Origin: Candidatus Buchananbacteria bacterium
GTDB lineage: Bacteria > Patescibacteriota > Patescibacteriia > 2-01-FULL-39-33
Direction: 5' to 3'
NCBI GenBank assembly: GCA_903859075.1
Contig: CAIOLF010000051.1
Coordinates: 1-39,762, forward strand
Length of the DNA stretch: 39,762 bases
Shown: positions 36,289-39,762 of the stretch, piece by piece
Layout: every line of letters starts with the position of its first letter
Position numbering within the stretch: position 1 is the stretch's first letter
Translations under genes and position numbers: made by a program
Notes under the pieces: model-generated
Told to the model about the DNA's origin: nothing
The model's database searches: none
The model's input: only the letters and a program-made list of their open reading frames with translations

Positions 36289-37455
36289 ATGTACCTTCAC
36301 ATTACACTTGGGAGACATAACATGCAAACCAGAAAGAAACGAATTGTTTTGAGGACCTTCAATGTCCTGCTGGCTGCTGTCCGCGACTTGTTAATTTTGC
36401 TCCTGCCATCATTTTTTGGTCGATTGCTGATCACGAAAGGTGATTATGCCTTCTTGATTCATCCGCGCGATTTGGATGACGTATCAAGAAAGTATACCTT
36501 CTCAAAATATTTCAATCCTAAATTAGTACGTTGGACAATAAGGCATATGTGGCCTGTTATTGGTTCACGGATTACAGGATTGAAGTCTTTGGAGGATGGT
36601 AGGGAATTGGTTGGCTATCTAATGATCTGCCCCATTACGGCAGAACAGATGCATACCGATCGCAAACTGGCACAGAAACGGATTTTGCAGACAGTGCAGT
36701 TGGCTGAAAAGCTCGGCTGTAAGACTATCGGCTTGGGAGCGTTGTCGGCATCGATGACAAGAGGCGGGGAATATCTGGTGGATAAGGTGAAGATCGGAGT
36801 TACAACCGGTCATGCCTATACCACCCTGGTGATTATTCAGACAGTTGAAGAAATCGCCAGGCGCAAAGGCATCAATCTGAAAGAAAAAACCGTAGCGGTT
36901 TTAGGGGCAGCTGGACTTATGGGCAATCCATGTTCCAATCTGCTGGCTCAGAACGGCATCGGCAGACTCTTGATGATTGATCGCCCGCAGAATCAGGAAA
37001 CCTTGAGGCAACTGACACTGGGAGTCAATCCCCATTGCCAGGTTGATATCTCAACCGACCTCAACTCGCTCAAAGAGGCTGACATCATTGTCGTGGTGAC
37101 TAACGCGCTTTCGGCTATCGTCAAACCGGAGCACTTGAAGGAAGGAGCGATCCTTGTCGACGACAGTCAGCCGCGCAATACCTCGCCGGCGCTATTGAAA
37201 GCCAGGCCAGACGTCTTGATTCTTGATGTGGTCGCATCCGCACCAGGAGTCCATACCCACTTCCCGCTGGATTTTCCTTGCAAGCATGATGTCTTCACCT
37301 GTATGGGTGAAGTGTTGATCCTCGCCGCGCATGGCTGGAAAGACAATTATGCCATCGGAAAATTCGATTATGGTCTAGTTGCGGAAATTGCCGATTTGGC
37401 CAAAGCAGTTGGGCTTTGTCCGGCGCCGTTCCGCAGCTTTAACCAGCTCGTCTAG
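36289..37455 (+). CDS. Acyl-ACP/acyl-CoA reductase-like NAD(P)-dependent oxidoreductase (COG5322-like)
   Basis: AFLIHP, LGALS, TTGHAYT, VAVLGAAGLMG, VDDSQPRN, VFTCMGE (compare cyanobacterial AAR TTGNTHT and FACFAE). Alternative start at 36322. Confidence 0.75.
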   Translation: MYLHITLGRHNMQTRKKRIVLRTFNVLLAAVRDLLILLLPSFFGRLLITKGDYAFLIHPRDLDDVSRKYTFSKYFNPKLVRWTIRHMWPVIGSRITGLKSLEDGRELVGYLMICPITAEQMHTDRKLAQKRILQTVQLAEKLGCKTIGLGALSASMTRGGEYLVDKVKIGVTTGHAYTTLVIIQTVEEIARRKGINLKEKTVAVLGAAGLMGNPCSNLLAQNGIGRLLMIDRPQNQETLRQLTLGVNPHCQVDISTDLNSLKEADIIVVVTNALSAIVKPEHLKEGAILVDDSQPRNTSPALLKARPDVLILDVVASAPGVHTHFPLDFPCKHDVFTCMGEVLILAAHGWKDNYAIGKFDYGLVAEIADLAKAVGLCPAPFRSFNQLV

Positions 37456-37488
37456 GACCTATCCTCGTGATAGGTCCTTCTTTATTTT
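37454..37488 (+). terminator. Hairpin after the reductase gene
   Basis: AGGACCTATC/GATAGGTCCT followed by T-rich sequence. Confidence 0.65.
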
Positions 37489-37513
37489 TGTAAAATGTGC
37501 TATAATATTAGAT

Positions 37514-39762
37514 ATGGATTTCCAAAATATTTTATTACTGGCAGTAACCATCATAAATCTCATTTGGGGTATTTTAATCCTTTCCCAAAGCAAGGGTAAG
37601 AAAGAAAACATTTTTTTCAGCTTAGTTGTTTTTAGTGTTGTATCTTGGTCGATAGCTATGATGGGTTATCGATGGGCCTCAAATAATTATACTCTAATTT
37701 GGTGCCGATTTTTGTATGTAACAGCCGTTTTAATACCGCTGTTCTTTTTATTTTTTAATTATCTTTTTCCCAAGCAAAAAGAAGGTTTCAAAATTCAACA
37801 AGCCATATTCATATCTTTACCGGCAGTAGCATTAATATTGTTGACTATTTTCTCAGATACTATTATTGCAAATGCATACAGAATACCGCATCAGGAAAAT
37901 AAGATTATTTTTGGAAGTTTGTATCTTTTTTATGTTGCTTATATTGTGGGTTATTTTAATTGGTCGTTCTTTCATTTGATTACAAATTATAAGAAGTATA
38001 CTGGGGTAATTAAAGCACAGATACGCTATATATTTCTAGGTGCTTTCATGGCCTCATTTGTGGCCATGGCGACTAATCTTTTATTGCCCTGGTTTAATTA
38101 TTTCGTATTCAATTGGTTTGGGCAGTTTTCTACCGTTTTATGGGTTTCTTTCACCTCTTATGCTATTATCCGTTATCGTTTAATGGATATCAGGATTATT
38201 GTTAGGAATGTTGCTGTCTATTTTGGCATCTCTCTCATTGCCTATGGTTTCTTCTATTTTTTGATTTGGTTTTATGACAATTTTTTCGGCGGGTCCTATT
38301 CTTTGATTGCTTATGCGGTAGGATTAATTATCGCCCCGGTATTTGTTGCAATTTTACTTAGCGTTTATAGGTTGCTATTATTTGTCGCCAATAAGTATCT
38401 TTTTTCATCGCTTTCTAGTTATCAGGAAACAATGGCTAAGCTAATCAAGGAATTAAACTATTCTATTGATTTGCAGAAGATAACTGATCTGATTGTAAAT
38501 ACCATTAAGCAGACCATGCAGCTTAATCGAGCCGGGGTTTTATTGCTGGATAAGAGCCAATCGCCTGATTTGTATCGAATTGCCAAAGTGATTGGTTTCA
38601 ATGAACAAAACGGCATTTCCTTGGTGCGGGATAATTTTTTAACTAAGTATTTAGAGAAAACAAAACTTCCTCTGGTCAGTGATGAATTGATTCTTTTGGC
38701 CAGGGATGCTAAAAGCAAGAAAGAGCAGGAAAGTTTTGAGAGATTATATGAACACATGGAGCATATTGAGGCCTCATTGTGTCTGCCATTGATCAGCAAC
38801 AAGAAGTTAATCGGTATTATTGTTTTGGGACTGAAAACATCGGGAGATGCTTACAGCAAAGAAGATTTGGAGTTGTTAGATATTTTGGCCAACCAAGCCA
38901 GCATTGCTATTAACAACGCTCAACAGTATAAGGAGATCCAAGAATTCAATGGAACGCTCAAGCAAAAAGTGACAGAGCAAACTGAAGACATCACCAAGAA
39001 GAGTCAATATCTACAAGAATTACTGGAGATGAAGTCAGATTTCTTAAGAGTAGTCAATCATCAATTGAATACTCCCTTGTCTATTATCAAAAGCGCCTAT
39101 TCAATGGTTAAGGAAGGCACTTTCTCTGCGGATAAGGGTTTTGAATATTCTTCCGGCGGATTACAACGTTTGGATGATACGGTCCAGGACTTCTGGGATG
39201 CCTATGAGCTTGAAGGCAATAAGATGAAAATGAATCCCGCTCAGACCGATATTGAGCAGGCAGTAAACGAATTAATCAAAGAGAAAGAAAAAATGCAGTT
39301 GGCCATAGAGAGAAAGATTAAAGTCTCTGTAATCAAGCCAACATTCAAAATTCCTCTTGCCTGGTGTGATCCCAAGAAGATTGTTCATGTCATTTCCAAT
39401 CTACTTGATAATGCGGTATATTACACCAGAGAAGGAAGTGTTACCGTCAGCTATGAATTGCAGGGCAATAATCTGTTGAAAGTTAATGTTAAAGATACAG
39501 GTACCGGTATTTCAGACGAAGACAAAAAAAGATTATTTCAAAAATTCTCCAGGGGTGTGAAATCAACCAACCTTCATCCGGACGGTTCCGGTTTAGGATT
39601 ATATATTGCCAAGAAAATTATAGAAGGTAATGATGGTGAACTCACTTGTTTCAGCGAAGGGGTAGATAAAGGAGCCACTTTCAGTTTTACCGTTCCTATT
39701 TATACTAATCAGAAGCCAGTTCCGGAAGGTGAATTTGATTATATAACTATGGATCAGAATAG
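37514..39762 (+). CDS. Sensor histidine kinase: HisKA_7TM-type membrane domain, GAF, HisKA, HATPase (runs off the window end)
   Basis: Manual translation from ATG 37514: many TM helices ending YAIIRYRLMDI; GAF LCLPL...LIGIIVLG...YSKEDLELLDILANQASIAINNA; NHQLNTPL, NLLDNA, DTGTGI, GSGLGL. Absent from the ORF track because there is no stop in the window. Confidence 0.92.
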   Translation, partial: MDFQNILLLAVTIINLIWGILILSQSKGKKENIFFSLVVFSVVSWSIAMMGYRWASNNYTLIWCRFLYVTAVLIPLFFLFFNYLFPKQKEGFKIQQAIFISLPAVALILLTIFSDTIIANAYRIPHQENKIIFGSLYLFYVAYIVGYFNWSFFHLITNYKKYTGVIKAQIRYIFLGAFMASFVAMATNLLLPWFNYFVFNWFGQFSTVLWVSFTSYAIIRYRLMDIRIIVRNVAVYFGISLIAYGFFYFLIWFYDNFFGGSYSLIAYAVGLIIAPVFVAILLSVYRLLLFVANKYLFSSLSSYQETMAKLIKELNYSIDLQKITDLIVNTIKQTMQLNRAGVLLLDKSQSPDLYRIAKVIGFNEQNGISLVRDNFLTKYLEKTKLPLVSDELILLARDAKSKKEQESFERLYEHMEHIEASLCLPLISNKKLIGIIVLGLKTSGDAYSKEDLELLDILANQASIAINNAQQYKEIQEFNGTLKQKVTEQTEDITKKSQYLQELLEMKSDFLRVVNHQLNTPLSIIKSAYSMVKEGTFSADKGFEYSSGGLQRLDDTVQDFWDAYELEGNKMKMNPAQTDIEQAVNELIKEKEKMQLAIERKIKVSVIKPTFKIPLAWCDPKKIVHVISNLLDNAVYYTREGSVTVSYELQGNNLLKVNVKDTGTGISDEDKKRLFQKFSRGVKSTNLHPDGSGLGLYIAKKIIEGNDGELTCFSEGVDKGATFSFTVPIYTNQKPVPEGEFDYITMDQN

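Noticed and set aside
814-38802. Numerous antisense and nested ORFs in the track
   Set aside because: They overlap well-supported genes on the other strand or in another frame and have no motifs.
34855-39762. Search for an attR copy of the tRNA-Asn 3' end
   Set aside because: None seen by eye. Serine integrases may leave only a very short core, so the right boundary is unresolved.
1-39762. CRISPR array, cas genes, reverse transcriptase/retron/DGR, alternative genetic code
   Set aside because: No regularly spaced repeats and no RT or Cas motifs; genes end normally at TAA, TAG and TGA.

Overview
Chromosomal window from what is probably a Patescibacteria/CPR (Parcubacteria-like) genome. This is inferred from gene content, AT-rich leaders without Shine-Dalgarno motifs and intergenic micro-repeats. 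Bases 1-24 kb are mostly housekeeping: iscU/nifU (partial), an Rrf2 regulator, rpmA, pyrG, rplI, an S41 protease, murA, HIT, tatD, cvpA, metG, rsmI, a ZIP transporter, tRNA-Val(CAC), tRNA-Ala(CGC), SIMPL, xth, a radical SAM enzyme and a methyltransferase. At 24022-24344 is a tRNA-Asn(GTT) split inside its anticodon (35/36) by a 251-nt group I intron, preceded by a 5' tRNA fragment interrupted by a 30-nt double hairpin. A large serine recombinase reads antisense into the tRNA 3' exon and stops inside the intron. It marks the left end of an integrative element carrying an origin-like region, ArdC-like, SymE-like and Zn-finger genes, a structured RNA leader, surface proteins and a thermonuclease. 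The window ends with a FadL beta-barrel gene divergent from an acyl-ACP-reductase-like gene and a 7TM-GAF histidine kinase (truncated), a candidate lipid uptake/lipid-signal module. All calls come from reading motifs by eye; no searches or folding programs were run.
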